From contig OY969693.1 in assembly GCA_963701995.1 (NCBI GenBank), positions 1,793,512 to 1,857,511 on the forward strand: a DNA stretch of 64,000 nucleotides, written 5' to 3'. Positions 39,498 through 49,433 of this stretch are shown one piece after another; the first letter of the stretch is position 1, and every line of letters begins with the position of its first letter. The stretch is from Methanobacteriota archaeon (lineage in GTDB: Archaea > Halobacteriota > Bog-38 > Methanoflorentales > Methanoflorentaceae). The notes beneath the pieces are model-generated. The model did not search any database. It was not told where the DNA came from and saw only the letters and a list, made by a program, of their open reading frames with translations. A program made the position numbers and the translations under genes.

Positions 39498-40664
39498 TCA
39501 ACACGCCTGCTGTGGACGGCGCGTCTGCACCACGGCATCGAGAAAGACTTCGGTTTTGTGAGCGATTACCTGCCAGTCCCAGTAATGAGAGAGTAGGGAG
39601 TTAGCGCGTTTTCGAAGGGAAGCGCGTTCTTCACCAGAAAGTTGTAGAAGTTCAATCACGGCGCTTTTTACCGCCTCGCTATCCCCCACGGGAAAGAATT
39701 TTATGATGTCAGAACCGTGGTCAATGAATCGATGTGGGGCTATGTCGCTGGCTGCTACCAAGCAACCTGATGCGAGGCCTTCCAGAAGTGTTATTCCAAA
39801 TCCTTCGACGGAAGATGCAGATAAAAGAATTTTGGATTTTGAAAGCAGCTCTTTTTTTCTTCCTTCGCTAACGTGACCGGCGAACTGAATGTTCTCGCTC
39901 GCCCAGCGACGTTCAAGAGTGGGTCGGAGCTTTCCGTCGCCGACGATGACTGTTTGAACCTCCGTGTCGAATAGCGCCTCACACACGATGTCAATGTTCT
40001 TGTAAGGCGCGTCGAAGCGTGCTATACAAATGACATCAATCTCCTTCGTGTTCTGCGTGAATTCTTTTAGGTAAATGCCGTTGCCAGTGACTCTAATCTT
40101 GTGCCGGGGGATCCAATATTTTAATATCTCAAAAGTAGGGTCTGAGACGGTTATTGCGATCGGGCAGGTGGAGGCGTAGCGAAGACAGGCGCGTTCCAGC
40201 AAACAAGCTTGCAGCCCCTTTAAAGTGTTGCCTCCTTGCAGATCACGCCACGCAGAGATGCCGTTGGCCAATGGCAAAGGCTGGTACACGTCGTGCACGA
40301 TCGGCACGACCGGCACCTTTGTGCGGCTTAGCGAGGCTGAGAAGACAGGTATGAATGTTTGAGGAACGATGACGTCGAACTTGTTGCTGATACGCTTTAA
40401 CTCTCGCGACAAGCGGAATGCGTATCGCAGATCCGCTGAGCCTCGACCCGCGGTTTTGCGGTTGTATATGGTGTATACGCGGAACGGAAATCGGTCTTCT
40501 GGATACGTAGCTGTCGGCACGTGTGACGTCAGCACAGCGACGTGATTCCTACCAGAAAGTTCGCGGCCTAAGGCATACATGTGGTTTTCCCCGCCCCCCA
40601 GCATTTGCAATTCGCCGGTGGCATCGCAAAAAGGAAAAAGTTCACTTACCAACAATATGTTCAC
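39498..40664 (-). CDS. glycosyltransferase family 4
   Basis: GGGE, VHD, EGFGITLLEGLASG; GTG start at 40664. Confidence 0.9.
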   Translation of the reverse strand: MNILLVSELFPFCDATGELQMLGGGENHMYALGRELSGRNHVAVLTSHVPTATYPEDRFPFRVYTIYNRKTAGRGSADLRYAFRLSRELKRISNKFDVIVPQTFIPVFSASLSRTKVPVVPIVHDVYQPLPLANGISAWRDLQGGNTLKGLQACLLERACLRYASTCPIAITVSDPTFEILKYWIPRHKIRVTGNGIYLKEFTQNTKEIDVICIARFDAPYKNIDIVCEALFDTEVQTVIVGDGKLRPTLERRWASENIQFAGHVSEGRKKELLSKSKILLSASSVEGFGITLLEGLASGCLVAASDIAPHRFIDHGSDIIKFFPVGDSEAVKSAVIELLQLSGEERASLRKRANSLLSHYWDWQVIAHKTEVFLDAVVQTRRPQQAC

Positions 40665-40788
40665 TGTATGGCCTCTGTTTTTGCTTAATTCCAGCTCCGC
40701 TGTACGCGGCTGCTCATACAATGGTGCCCGCTGTAATAATGTTTTTGAAGTCGCTGATGTTCCGGAATTGTGGCACCTCACTTTCCGC

Positions 40789-41868
40789 TTACGTGAGCGA
40801 CTCATATAACTTACGAAGTTCTGCGCTTAAGAGATTCCAGTCAAATAACGCTGCGCCGGCTTTTGCCGCGCGCTGCATACGCTTTTTGTCAACTTCAAGC
40901 AGCGCTGATCGAAGCTGATCCTCCGTCAGATCAATTACAAATCCGTTCTTTCCATGAGTGATGAGCTCTCTTGCTGCATTTTTTTGAACATTGCTCGTAA
41001 TTACAGGCGTACCACAAGCTAGCGCCTCGAGGGCAACGATGCCAAAGCCTTCACGGCTGGAAGGCAAAACTAACGAATTTGCGGCTTTCATCACACCTAT
41101 GAGATCTTCGTAAGGCAATTCTGAGCGGAAACGCACGTTGGTGCTAAGTTCTTTTGAGAGTTGAACGAGTTTTGCTTTTTCGGGACCATCGCCGACTACG
41201 CAAAGCGTTTTGTTTGTAGGCATCGCTCGAACCAGCAATTCGACGTTTTTTTCAGGGATGAGCCTTCCCACAAATAGCGCGTCGACTGAGATTTCAGCCG
41301 GTGCGATCGAATCGATCAAGGAGATATCGACCCCATTCGGCACGAGTGACACACTTTTTCTGAAATGCTCGAGAAGTTCTTTCGTGGTCGTAGAGACAGC
41401 GATCACTTCGTCAGCTATCGTGAAGGTTGCTCTCTCCGTCAGCTTGCCAAAGAATCCGAGCTTGCCCAAGTACTCGTACCAGTAATCTCCCCAAAACTCG
41501 TGCCACGTAATGATCAATGGGATACGTTTCAGGTGCGAAATTAGCCTCGACGGAAAGCAGTGTAAATACGGAAATTGGTTGCAGTCAATGATATCGAGGT
41601 CTTGCTTAAAAATGGGGCCCAAACTGCCTGCAAATCTCGCTGCTTCTCGAAAAGACCGGCGCCCTCCTGCATAAAGGCTGAGCGGTTTGCACATACCGTG
41701 GAGATGAATCCCCCGCAGCTCGATATCGTTCTTTCCTTTCCACCACTTCACGCCAAAGATGTGCACTTCGTCATTTGTGGCAAGGCGCTTTGCCATTTCG
41801 TAGATACGCTTCTCAGCTCCGCCCTTCACGAAAGGATAGACGACATCTGAAACATAGCCAATGTTCAT
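40789..41868 (-). CDS. glycosyltransferase family 4
   Basis: YPFVKGGAEKR, VGRLIPEKN, EGFGIVALEALACG. Confidence 0.92.
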   Translation of the reverse strand: MNIGYVSDVVYPFVKGGAEKRIYEMAKRLATNDEVHIFGVKWWKGKNDIELRGIHLHGMCKPLSLYAGGRRSFREAARFAGSLGPIFKQDLDIIDCNQFPYLHCFPSRLISHLKRIPLIITWHEFWGDYWYEYLGKLGFFGKLTERATFTIADEVIAVSTTTKELLEHFRKSVSLVPNGVDISLIDSIAPAEISVDALFVGRLIPEKNVELLVRAMPTNKTLCVVGDGPEKAKLVQLSKELSTNVRFRSELPYEDLIGVMKAANSLVLPSSREGFGIVALEALACGTPVITSNVQKNAARELITHGKNGFVIDLTEDQLRSALLEVDKKRMQRAAKAGAALFDWNLLSAELRKLYESLT

Positions 41869-41876
41869 TTTGGTAT

Positions 41877-42755
41877 TTAACGTCGTCGCAGGTTCGTCAG
41901 TATGATATCCGCTAGCAAACCGAAAAGCGTTATCTGCAAGCCGGTCAAAATGAGCAAGACGGAGAGAATCGCAGCTGCTATGCGCGTTACGATGCCAGTG
42001 TGGATGTATTCGATGAGTATTGTTGTGCCATAGCCGAGTCCTATGAGTATAAGGGCGAGACCAATGGGCAAGAAAATAACGAGTGGATTGTAATCCCGGA
42101 CGAGGCGAACCGTGATAGACAAGATGCTAAATGCGTCCCTGAACGGGTCCAGCTTCGCATGGCCGACTCTGGTCCTGTACCTAATGGGGACCTCGGTAAT
42201 GGCGAGGTTTTCTTTTTGTGCCTCGATGATCATTTCGCTCGCGAACGGCATGTTAGGCGATTGAAGTCTTAGACGATCGAGTGCAGAGCGTCTTATGGCA
42301 CGCATTCCTGATTGAGAATCAGTCACGCGTACGTGATACAGAGATCGTAGGAGAGCGGTTAGCATTCTGTTGCCGAGCGCGTTTCTCCGGCTCATCGCTC
42401 CTTTATCCATAAGAGCGAATCGAGTGCCTATGACAACGTCAGCGCCGTCGTTAATGGGCTGAAGCAACTTCGGAATGTCGTACGGATCGTAGGTATAATC
42501 GCCATCCAGAATGACGACTGTCTCAGCATCTTCGGATATATGTTTAAATCCTGTAATGTACGCATCTCCATACCCGGTTCCAGTCTGATGGATTACCTTA
42601 GCTCCGAGCTCTGCCGCACGCACGGCTGTCTCGTCTTCTGACTTGTCGACCACGACCACTTCCACGCTGTGCTGTTGCAGCGCGTCAAACACATCGTGAA
42701 GAACGTCAGCAATGGCTGGCTCGTTCATCGTCGGGATAATTACGGCTATCTTCAT
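41877..42755 (-). CDS. glycosyltransferase family 2 (dolichol-phosphate glycosyltransferase, AglJ/DPM1-like)
   Basis: IPTMNE, DGDYTY, DSQSGMR, two C-terminal TM helices. Confidence 0.88.
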   Translation of the reverse strand: MKIAVIIPTMNEPAIADVLHDVFDALQQHSVEVVVVDKSEDETAVRAAELGAKVIHQTGTGYGDAYITGFKHISEDAETVVILDGDYTYDPYDIPKLLQPINDGADVVIGTRFALMDKGAMSRRNALGNRMLTALLRSLYHVRVTDSQSGMRAIRRSALDRLRLQSPNMPFASEMIIEAQKENLAITEVPIRYRTRVGHAKLDPFRDAFSILSITVRLVRDYNPLVIFLPIGLALILIGLGYGTTILIEYIHTGIVTRIAAAILSVLLILTGLQITLFGLLADIILTNLRRR

Positions 42756-42965
42756 AGGTTACTACATAACGTAGGCGCGCTACGCTTGATTTTATTCTAT
42801 AATCTTAGCGCGAAAAGGTATAATTATCTATCCGCATATAGTTAATTCTTATTGATTTAAACGACGTTTCACCGATCACACTGCACTCAACTGACGGTGG
42901 CAAACAACCGAAACGACTCAGGTGAATACGCCTCGCGTAAGAGACATAATCCTAGAGCAACAGCG

Positions 42966-44189
42966 ATGACCTCGGTTTATGTAGAAACGTACGGCTGCAC
43001 GCTAAACCAAAGCGAAAGCGAAGAGCTCACGCTTCAGCTAACTGGCCACAGGGTGGTCGAATCGATCGAGGACGCCCATGTACTCGTTCTAAATACGTGT
43101 ATGGTTATCGCGACGACTGAAAAAAAGATTCTACGGCGGATAGACACTCTGTATCAGCAGTTAGGCGAGCGAACGCTCATTATCACGGGCTGTATGGCTG
43201 GGCCATTTGCGGATCGGCTCCGCGCTTTGTATCCAGCGTTGACAACTATGCGGATCAGCGGCGTGGCGTCTTACATAGACGCCCATTTCTCGCGTGGCGC
43301 CGCATCTGCGCCGAGACCCAATATCACAGCGAAAGTAAAGATCGCTCAGGGATGTGGGGGAAGCTGCAGCTACTGCATCGTGAAGCTCATCCGAGGTCCT
43401 GTGAAGAGTCGTAGCATCGAGGCCATCACCAGGGATGTGCAGCAGAGGGTTCAAAATGGTGCCAAGCAAATCTTCCTGACTGCGCAGGACGGGGGAGCGT
43501 ACGGGTTAGATCAGGGCCACCGATTACCCGACCTTATCGAAGCGCTATGCGAAATTGAACACGACTACAAGCTCCGCGTCGGGATGATGAACGTTTCCTC
43601 AATTCTTGATATCGCAGAGGATCTGTTGAAAGCATATCAGCATCCTCGGGTATACAGATTCGTGCACTTGCCGGTGCAGTCGGGTTCCGATCGGATTTTG
43701 GAGCTTATGGAGAGGGGGCATACGGTGTCCGACTTCAAGCACATTGTCTCGAGCTTCCGTCACGAACTGAGAGAAGTCACTGTCTCGACCGACTTCATTG
43801 TAGGCTTCCCGAGTGAAACGGCTGAGGATTTTCGGGCCACGGTGGACCTACTGCGAGAAGTTGCGCCGCTCAAAGTGAACATCACACGTTTTTCGCAACG
43901 ACAGGGGACTAAGGCATTCTTTTTGAGACCTGTGACCGGTAGGGTACAAAAAGACCGGTCGCGAACGCTGACAGCGGAGCACCACCGCGTTGCCCGCCAG
44001 CGAAACTGTGAGTGCATAGGAGAGAGCTACAGGGCGCTAGCAGTGGAAAGAGGCAAGAAGGGGGGCACCGTCTTATACAACGACAACTATAGGCCGATAG
44101 TTGTGCTGCGCGAACTGCCTCTTGGCCTCTTTTATAGGGTGCGCATTACTGGAGTCACCTCGACGTATTTAATAGGCAGCCTTAATTGA
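42966..44189 (+). CDS. MiaB-like tRNA methylthiotransferase (archaeal e-MtaB type)
   Basis: ETYGCTLN, CxxxCxxC (CGGSCSYC), HLPVQSGSD, DFIVGFP, C-terminal TRAM-like domain. Confidence 0.88.
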   Translation: MTSVYVETYGCTLNQSESEELTLQLTGHRVVESIEDAHVLVLNTCMVIATTEKKILRRIDTLYQQLGERTLIITGCMAGPFADRLRALYPALTTMRISGVASYIDAHFSRGAASAPRPNITAKVKIAQGCGGSCSYCIVKLIRGPVKSRSIEAITRDVQQRVQNGAKQIFLTAQDGGAYGLDQGHRLPDLIEALCEIEHDYKLRVGMMNVSSILDIAEDLLKAYQHPRVYRFVHLPVQSGSDRILELMERGHTVSDFKHIVSSFRHELREVTVSTDFIVGFPSETAEDFRATVDLLREVAPLKVNITRFSQRQGTKAFFLRPVTGRVQKDRSRTLTAEHHRVARQRNCECIGESYRALAVERGKKGGTVLYNDNYRPIVVLRELPLGLFYRVRITGVTSTYLIGSLN

Positions 44190-44277
44190 TCCGTTTTGAA
44201 AAATAAGCTCGCTTCCAAGTTATTTTTCGCAAAGAAAGCAATAGGATTTTATACCATAAGGTAATGTATCGTGTGAT

Positions 44278-44436
44278 ATGCAACGGCCGCGATACCAACT
44301 TAGAATTGATTGGATTACGCTTGCCTTAGTATTCGTCATCTCGTTGATTTTGTTCTATATCCCGTACCTTCACGATCTCCTGATCATAGCAGCTATAACT
44401 GTCATCTTGTACACGTTCGTCAAAAGTCTATACTAG
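44278..44436 (+). CDS. small two-helix membrane protein (52 aa, not in the ORF track)
   Basis: MQRPRYQLRIDWITLALVFVISLILFYIPYLHDLLIIAAITVILYTFVKSLY; TTTTATA about 30 nt upstream. Confidence 0.55.
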   Translation: MQRPRYQLRIDWITLALVFVISLILFYIPYLHDLLIIAAITVILYTFVKSLY

Positions 44437-44577
44437 TCAAAGGCCTTCTTTGAGGCGAACACACTTGTATTACGGGTTTTTTTTAGCTTTAAAGACCGCG
44501 TGAGCCGTGAAGGCAGCACCTGTCACCCTTGTAAAACCACCATGCGACCGTGATTTGAGAATAGAGGACTGCTAAAC

Positions 44578-46392
44578 ATGCGACTTCTGCTAATGCACGT
44601 TGACTATATTGAGTACCAGGTCACGAAGGCAAGCAAGTACGCTGAAGATACGGAAGATTCTCGCAAACAGGCGCGAATGGAGGAGGCTTTGGTCGCCTTT
44701 GTCGCCGCAGAACGCGGTGACGAGACGAGTATTGACGACGTGGCAGCCGACGCAGCGAATGCAATAGTCGACGTTGCGACTAAGGTCGCCACGAAGCGGG
44801 TCGTGATCTATCCGTACGCTCATTTGAGTTCCGAGTTGGCGTCACCCGAGACCGCTTTGAACATCTTGCAGGAGATTGAATCTCTGCTCGTGGGCTTTGA
44901 AGTGCTGAGGGCGCCATTCGGATGGTACAAATCGTTCAGTCTGAAGTGTAAGGGGCATCCTCTTGCTGAGCTATCCAGATCTATTCACCCAGAGGCAAAA
45001 CTGGAGAAGAAGACAGTCGAAAGCGAATTCTACGTGCTCGAGCCTAGCGGTACGATAACTCCAGCGACTGCGTTTCATTCGACGGACGCTGAATTCAAGG
45101 ACATCGTTAGTTATGAACTGGGGCAACACGCTCTCTACAGCACGGAAGCGGAGTTGCCGCATATTAAGCTAATGAAAGAGAAGGAGCTCGTCGAGTACGA
45201 GCCGCTGTCAGACGCGGGACACCTCAAGTGGCTGCCGAAAGGAAAGCTAGTACGTGATCTCCTCATCGACTATTCTTATCTCCTCGCGGTGAACTACGGC
45301 GCGATGCCGGTCGAGACGCCGGTTATGTATGACCTGTCCAGCAGAGCAGTCAGTGAGCACGCGAGTAAGTTTGGTGAGCGACAATATCGGCTGAAAGCGG
45401 GCGCCCGCGATATGATGCTCAGATTCGCTGCCTGCTTTGGTATGTTTAGCATGATGCACCAGATGCATTTGACCGAAAAAGACGTGCCGCTGAAACTGTA
45501 CGAGCTTTCGACTTATTCTTTCAGGTATGAGCAGCGGGGCGAATTGACTGGTCTCAAGCGCCAACGGGCTTTTACGATGCCTGACATGCACACCGCTTGC
45601 CGTGACATGAGCGAAGCCAAGAGTTTCTTCATGGAGCAGTTGAGACTTGGGTTCAAATCGGGTGTGGATCTCGACGTGAAATATCAGGCTATATTTCGGA
45701 GCACGAAGGCGTTTTATAAGGACAACAAAAAATGGGTAGAGCAGATCGCTCGCGAGTTTAAGCGCCCCTTCTTGGTAGAACTCTTGTCAGAGCGCGTTCA
45801 TTACTGGGTTTGTAAGTGCGATCTCGCGGCCTTGGATACTTCGCGGAAACCAATCGAATGCCCGACCGTCCAAATTGACGTGGAGAGCGCGGAGCGGTTT
45901 GATATCAAGTACTATACCGAAACGGGAGAACACTGGCCCATTATCCTGCACACGTCCCCGACGGGCGGGATAGAGCGCGTACTCTGCGCGATCCTCGAGG
46001 CGCAGGCGCTCGAGAAAGTGCCGGCCCTTCCGGTGTGGCTCGCCCCGACGCAGGTGAGGATCATTCCTGTCTCGGAAAAGCATCTTCAATACGCGCGAGA
46101 GATCGCAACCGAAGTCAGAAATGCGAAAATACGCGTTGACATCGACGACCGCGATGAGTCAGTAAGCAAGAAAGTCGCCTCTGCCGGGAGAGAATGGGTG
46201 CCCTACGTCGCTGTTATCGGGGAAAAAGAGGAGCAGAGGAAAAGTCTCGCTGTGACCGCACGCTTTTCGGGGCAAAAAGAGCCGATGTCTGTCAATGAGC
46301 TGATCGCTCACGTGCGCCAAGAAATCGAGCAAATGCCATATCGGCCACTAACATTACCCGAAATGCTCTCGCAGCGACCAAAATTTGTCTGA
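44578..46392 (+). CDS. thrS: threonyl-tRNA synthetase (archaeal, with N-terminal editing domain)
   Basis: YPYAHLS, RAPFGWYK..CKGHPL, LRFAAC, FTMPDMH, QID, GGIER. Confidence 0.97.
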   Translation: MRLLLMHVDYIEYQVTKASKYAEDTEDSRKQARMEEALVAFVAAERGDETSIDDVAADAANAIVDVATKVATKRVVIYPYAHLSSELASPETALNILQEIESLLVGFEVLRAPFGWYKSFSLKCKGHPLAELSRSIHPEAKLEKKTVESEFYVLEPSGTITPATAFHSTDAEFKDIVSYELGQHALYSTEAELPHIKLMKEKELVEYEPLSDAGHLKWLPKGKLVRDLLIDYSYLLAVNYGAMPVETPVMYDLSSRAVSEHASKFGERQYRLKAGARDMMLRFAACFGMFSMMHQMHLTEKDVPLKLYELSTYSFRYEQRGELTGLKRQRAFTMPDMHTACRDMSEAKSFFMEQLRLGFKSGVDLDVKYQAIFRSTKAFYKDNKKWVEQIAREFKRPFLVELLSERVHYWVCKCDLAALDTSRKPIECPTVQIDVESAERFDIKYYTETGEHWPIILHTSPTGGIERVLCAILEAQALEKVPALPVWLAPTQVRIIPVSEKHLQYAREIATEVRNAKIRVDIDDRDESVSKKVASAGREWVPYVAVIGEKEEQRKSLAVTARFSGQKEPMSVNELIAHVRQEIEQMPYRPLTLPEMLSQRPKFV

Positions 46393-46404
46393 ATGAATGC
46401 GAGA

Positions 46405-46432
46405 TTCGTCCACCCTTTTCAACGGTTGGATG
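46405..46432. terminator. hairpin between convergent thrS and DHPS-like genes
   Basis: TTCGTCCA...TGGATGAA stem with one G-U pair. Confidence 0.35.
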
Positions 46433-46467
46433 AAGTCTTTCGTCTTTGCATTTGACAGAGCTAGACC

Positions 46468-47928
46468 TTAGAACGCATCATCCTGTGCGTAGCTCCTTCC
46501 CAGCTTCAGCGCGATTTCTGCCTTTTTCAACTCACGTCCAAGATACGCTGCGTGGGATGCCGTCGATACGAGCTCAAGCTCAAAAATAGCATCAAGCAAA
46601 CCTTTTGCGAAATTGCCTTGTACGGTGATTCCCGTGTCGTGCCTCGCAACGATCATTCCCCCTCTAACACCGATCACGAAGTTGCCGGCTGGGTCAGGCG
46701 CCCACTTCGCTGTGTCGAAGTCCTTAGCGTCGAGGACGTTGATGCTGGTGATTCGATACTCCGGTCGCCGCCTGCGCTCTTTCAATACGAGAAGATCAAG
46801 GCCTAGATCTTTGGGTGGGCTTTTTCGATACTGAGCGAGCTGCATCATCTGAGCCGCTGTTTTCAGCTCATTAACGCTGCCCTTTGCCTTGTCACTGTGC
46901 TCAGGAGTAAAAAGCACGCCAACCCCTAGCTCCATTGCCAGACCGGCAAGCAGAGCGTTAGCGCCTATCGAGTCGGCTTCCATAAGCTCAACGATGTTGC
47001 CGACGCCGAGAAACAGCGGCACGTTGCTGACCGATCTGACGCGGTGGTACTCGGCGAGCGAGTTGGAGGCGCCACTGCCTATCGGGTATAGGACAGGATC
47101 GGCGATGATTTTGCTGATGCCAAAAGTCCGCGCGAGAGCTACGGTAGAGCAAACATCGCCGTTTTCGGGCAACACCACAACTGCAAGGTCTTTTCTTGCG
47201 ACGGTGGGTCCTATCTCGGCGGCGTTTTCTGCCGTAAGTGAGAGAACGAGTTCAGCGCCTGACTCTATTCCAGCGCAGATAAGCTCTGGATCGAGACTAT
47301 CTATGCTGAGGGGGACGTTGTACTCGTCGGTTACCGCGCTAACCTCAGCGAAGGTGCGGCTCACCTCGCGCTTCGCGGTTCCGAGAGGTATGCCGACGTC
47401 GATGACATCGGCCCCGTTGCGTATATGCTGCAATGCAATTCGCTTAGCATCTGCAACTGGAGCGTCGATTATCTCTCCGAGCACCTTCATTCGAGAGTTT
47501 CCTCCAATTTTTAGGTCTCGAATTTTGAAATCATAAGCTGCAGATGTCTCTAGCTGCGTCAATAGGTTCAGGGCGTCACTTCTACGCTTTTCGCGAATGA
47601 TACGGTCAGCTGGCTCGTTAAGCGACAGCATAGATTGATCGAGTGACGCAAGCACCAAGCCGAGATCATAGGCCTGTTTTGGGCCTAGAGCAATTTTCAC
47701 GCTCAGCTCGTCACCAAGCGCCCCAAAGTCAGCGGGATTAGCAGAGCCGGGAATCAAGATCACATCGTGCTTGTGACCGTGCCGCCTTGAGAACTCGACG
47801 TACGCCTCCCTTAAGAGGGGAGGGGTCATCAGCGCCGCAATGTCTACGTCCAGAACCAACACATCTGCGGCTGCGCCTACAGCCTCTCTAACGACTTGTT
47901 CGGCGCAGCGACCGGTCGCTACAAGCAC
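46468..47928 (-). CDS. dihydropteroate synthase-like protein (MJ0107/orf20 family) with DUF4346-like C-terminus; start possibly ATA at 47937
   Basis: GADVIDVG, PLSIDS, IADPVL, GVGNIVELMEADSIGAN, HAAYLGREL.KAE. Confidence 0.88.
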   Translation of the reverse strand: MLVATGRCAEQVVREAVGAAADVLVLDVDIAALMTPPLLREAYVEFSRRHGHKHDVILIPGSANPADFGALGDELSVKIALGPKQAYDLGLVLASLDQSMLSLNEPADRIIREKRRSDALNLLTQLETSAAYDFKIRDLKIGGNSRMKVLGEIIDAPVADAKRIALQHIRNGADVIDVGIPLGTAKREVSRTFAEVSAVTDEYNVPLSIDSLDPELICAGIESGAELVLSLTAENAAEIGPTVARKDLAVVVLPENGDVCSTVALARTFGISKIIADPVLYPIGSGASNSLAEYHRVRSVSNVPLFLGVGNIVELMEADSIGANALLAGLAMELGVGVLFTPEHSDKAKGSVNELKTAAQMMQLAQYRKSPPKDLGLDLLVLKERRRRPEYRITSINVLDAKDFDTAKWAPDPAGNFVIGVRGGMIVARHDTGITVQGNFAKGLLDAIFELELVSTASHAAYLGRELKKAEIALKLGRSYAQDDAF

Positions 47929-47993
47929 TCGTTCTATAGGTTCCCACCTGTAACAACATACTCTTAATATGCTATATCACAATTACTGATGGT

Positions 47994-48659
47994 ATGAGGT
48001 TTGATCTGCACATTCATTCACATTTTTCTCCTGACTCAAACAGCTCAGTCGAAGCGATACTTAGGCAGGCACAAGAAGCCGGTCTCAACGGACTCGCGAT
48101 TACTGATCATAATTCTGTGCAATCTTTCTTTGATGCAGTGAGGCTTACGGAGGATCTGGGACTGAATCTCATCATAATACCGGGCGCTGAGATCTCAACA
48201 GCGGAGGGTCATTTGATCACGCTCGGAAATCACACTCTTGTGCCCCCCGGTTTATCTGCTTCTGAAACCAGCAAACGCGCTCACGACGGCCATGGGATCG
48301 TCGTGGCGGCTCATCCATTCGAATTATTCAGAAAGGGCATCCGTAGTTTGCGCAACAAGAGGATAGACGCTGTTGAAGCGTTCAATTCAAGGCGCCTTCT
48401 TGGCGTCTCTAATTATCTCGCGACTCGTTCAGCTGCGAAACTGAACCTTGGGGTCACTGGCGGAAGTGATTCTCACAACGTGGAGACGGTCGGTTTTGGG
48501 TATACTGAAGTAGATGCTGCGAGCGGCGTCACTGTACAGGACATACTACGCGCCATACAGGCTGGCAGATCTACAGCGAGCGGCCGCGTATCGCCACGTC
48601 TCCGGTCAGCGAGTTATTCATTTAAGGCGCGGGTCTTGAATAATAGGAATAGCCGTTAA
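47994..48659 (+). CDS. PHP-domain phosphoesterase
   Basis: DLHIHS..S.D, AITDHN, GAEIST..GH, AHP, GGSDSH. Confidence 0.92.
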   Translation: MRFDLHIHSHFSPDSNSSVEAILRQAQEAGLNGLAITDHNSVQSFFDAVRLTEDLGLNLIIIPGAEISTAEGHLITLGNHTLVPPGLSASETSKRAHDGHGIVVAAHPFELFRKGIRSLRNKRIDAVEAFNSRRLLGVSNYLATRSAAKLNLGVTGGSDSHNVETVGFGYTEVDAASGVTVQDILRAIQAGRSTASGRVSPRLRSASYSFKARVLNNRNSR

Positions 48660-48707
48660 ATTACCCCCAAATAAAAACATCGAACCGGGCGTTTTAGCAC
48701 GTGCAGC

Positions 48708-49412
48708 TCACATAGTTGCCCAAAGCGCCTCCCCAAGTTGATGAGGACTGTCGAGAATCGTGATTCCTTCCGAATCTCTGAGGGTTCGGACGTTGTTCTT
48801 GTCAATGTCGCGGACTATAAGGTTCACCGTCCCCTCTTGGATCGCGTCATAATCGCACACGTCTTTGCACAAGCCGCAGCCGTTGCATTTGAGGTAGTCG
48901 ATTTGCTCGTCAATCGCATCGTTTGGGCAAGCTTGAGCGCAGTCGCGGCACTCAGTGCAAAGATCTCTGTTTATGAAGTAAGGTACAGGACTTTTAACGC
49001 TACCTTCAATGTCGACAGGAACGATGAAAACCAGAACCCCGCCTTTCACGGCGTGCGCGACCGCATTAGTAATCAATGAATCAGCAATGCCGTGAGCTAT
49101 TTTGGCTACCGTATTGGACGTAGCCGGGGACACAAACAATGCGTCATAGATGCCGCGCGAGAAGCGGCCTGTCTTTGGGTAGCTCCATCCCTGTTCGCGT
49201 TCGAGTATGACCTCCTCCATGTACCCTCCCGGTGAAACTCGATCCAAGTATTGAAAAAGGCCGTAGACCCGTGCCACCTCCTCTGCAGCCCTCGAGACAA
49301 ATGAAGTCACAGCCACGCGGTCGCCGTAGGCTTCCTTTGCCTCGACGAATAAATCAAACGTTTCGCGTAAATGATGACCAGCCCCCGTAATACCCCACGC
49401 GATTCTTGCCAT
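48708..49412 (-). CDS. dmrX: dihydromethanopterin reductase (acceptor), flavoprotein with 2x[4Fe-4S] insert
   Basis: IAWGITGAGH, PATSNTVAKI..GIADSL.TN, two CxxCxxCxxxC motifs. Confidence 0.8.
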   Translation of the reverse strand: MARIAWGITGAGHHLRETFDLFVEAKEAYGDRVAVTSFVSRAAEEVARVYGLFQYLDRVSPGGYMEEVILEREQGWSYPKTGRFSRGIYDALFVSPATSNTVAKIAHGIADSLITNAVAHAVKGGVLVFIVPVDIEGSVKSPVPYFINRDLCTECRDCAQACPNDAIDEQIDYLKCNGCGLCKDVCDYDAIQEGTVNLIVRDIDKNNVRTLRDSEGITILDSPHQLGEALWATM

Positions 49413-49433
49413 AGCCCCCCCAACCTTCTGATC

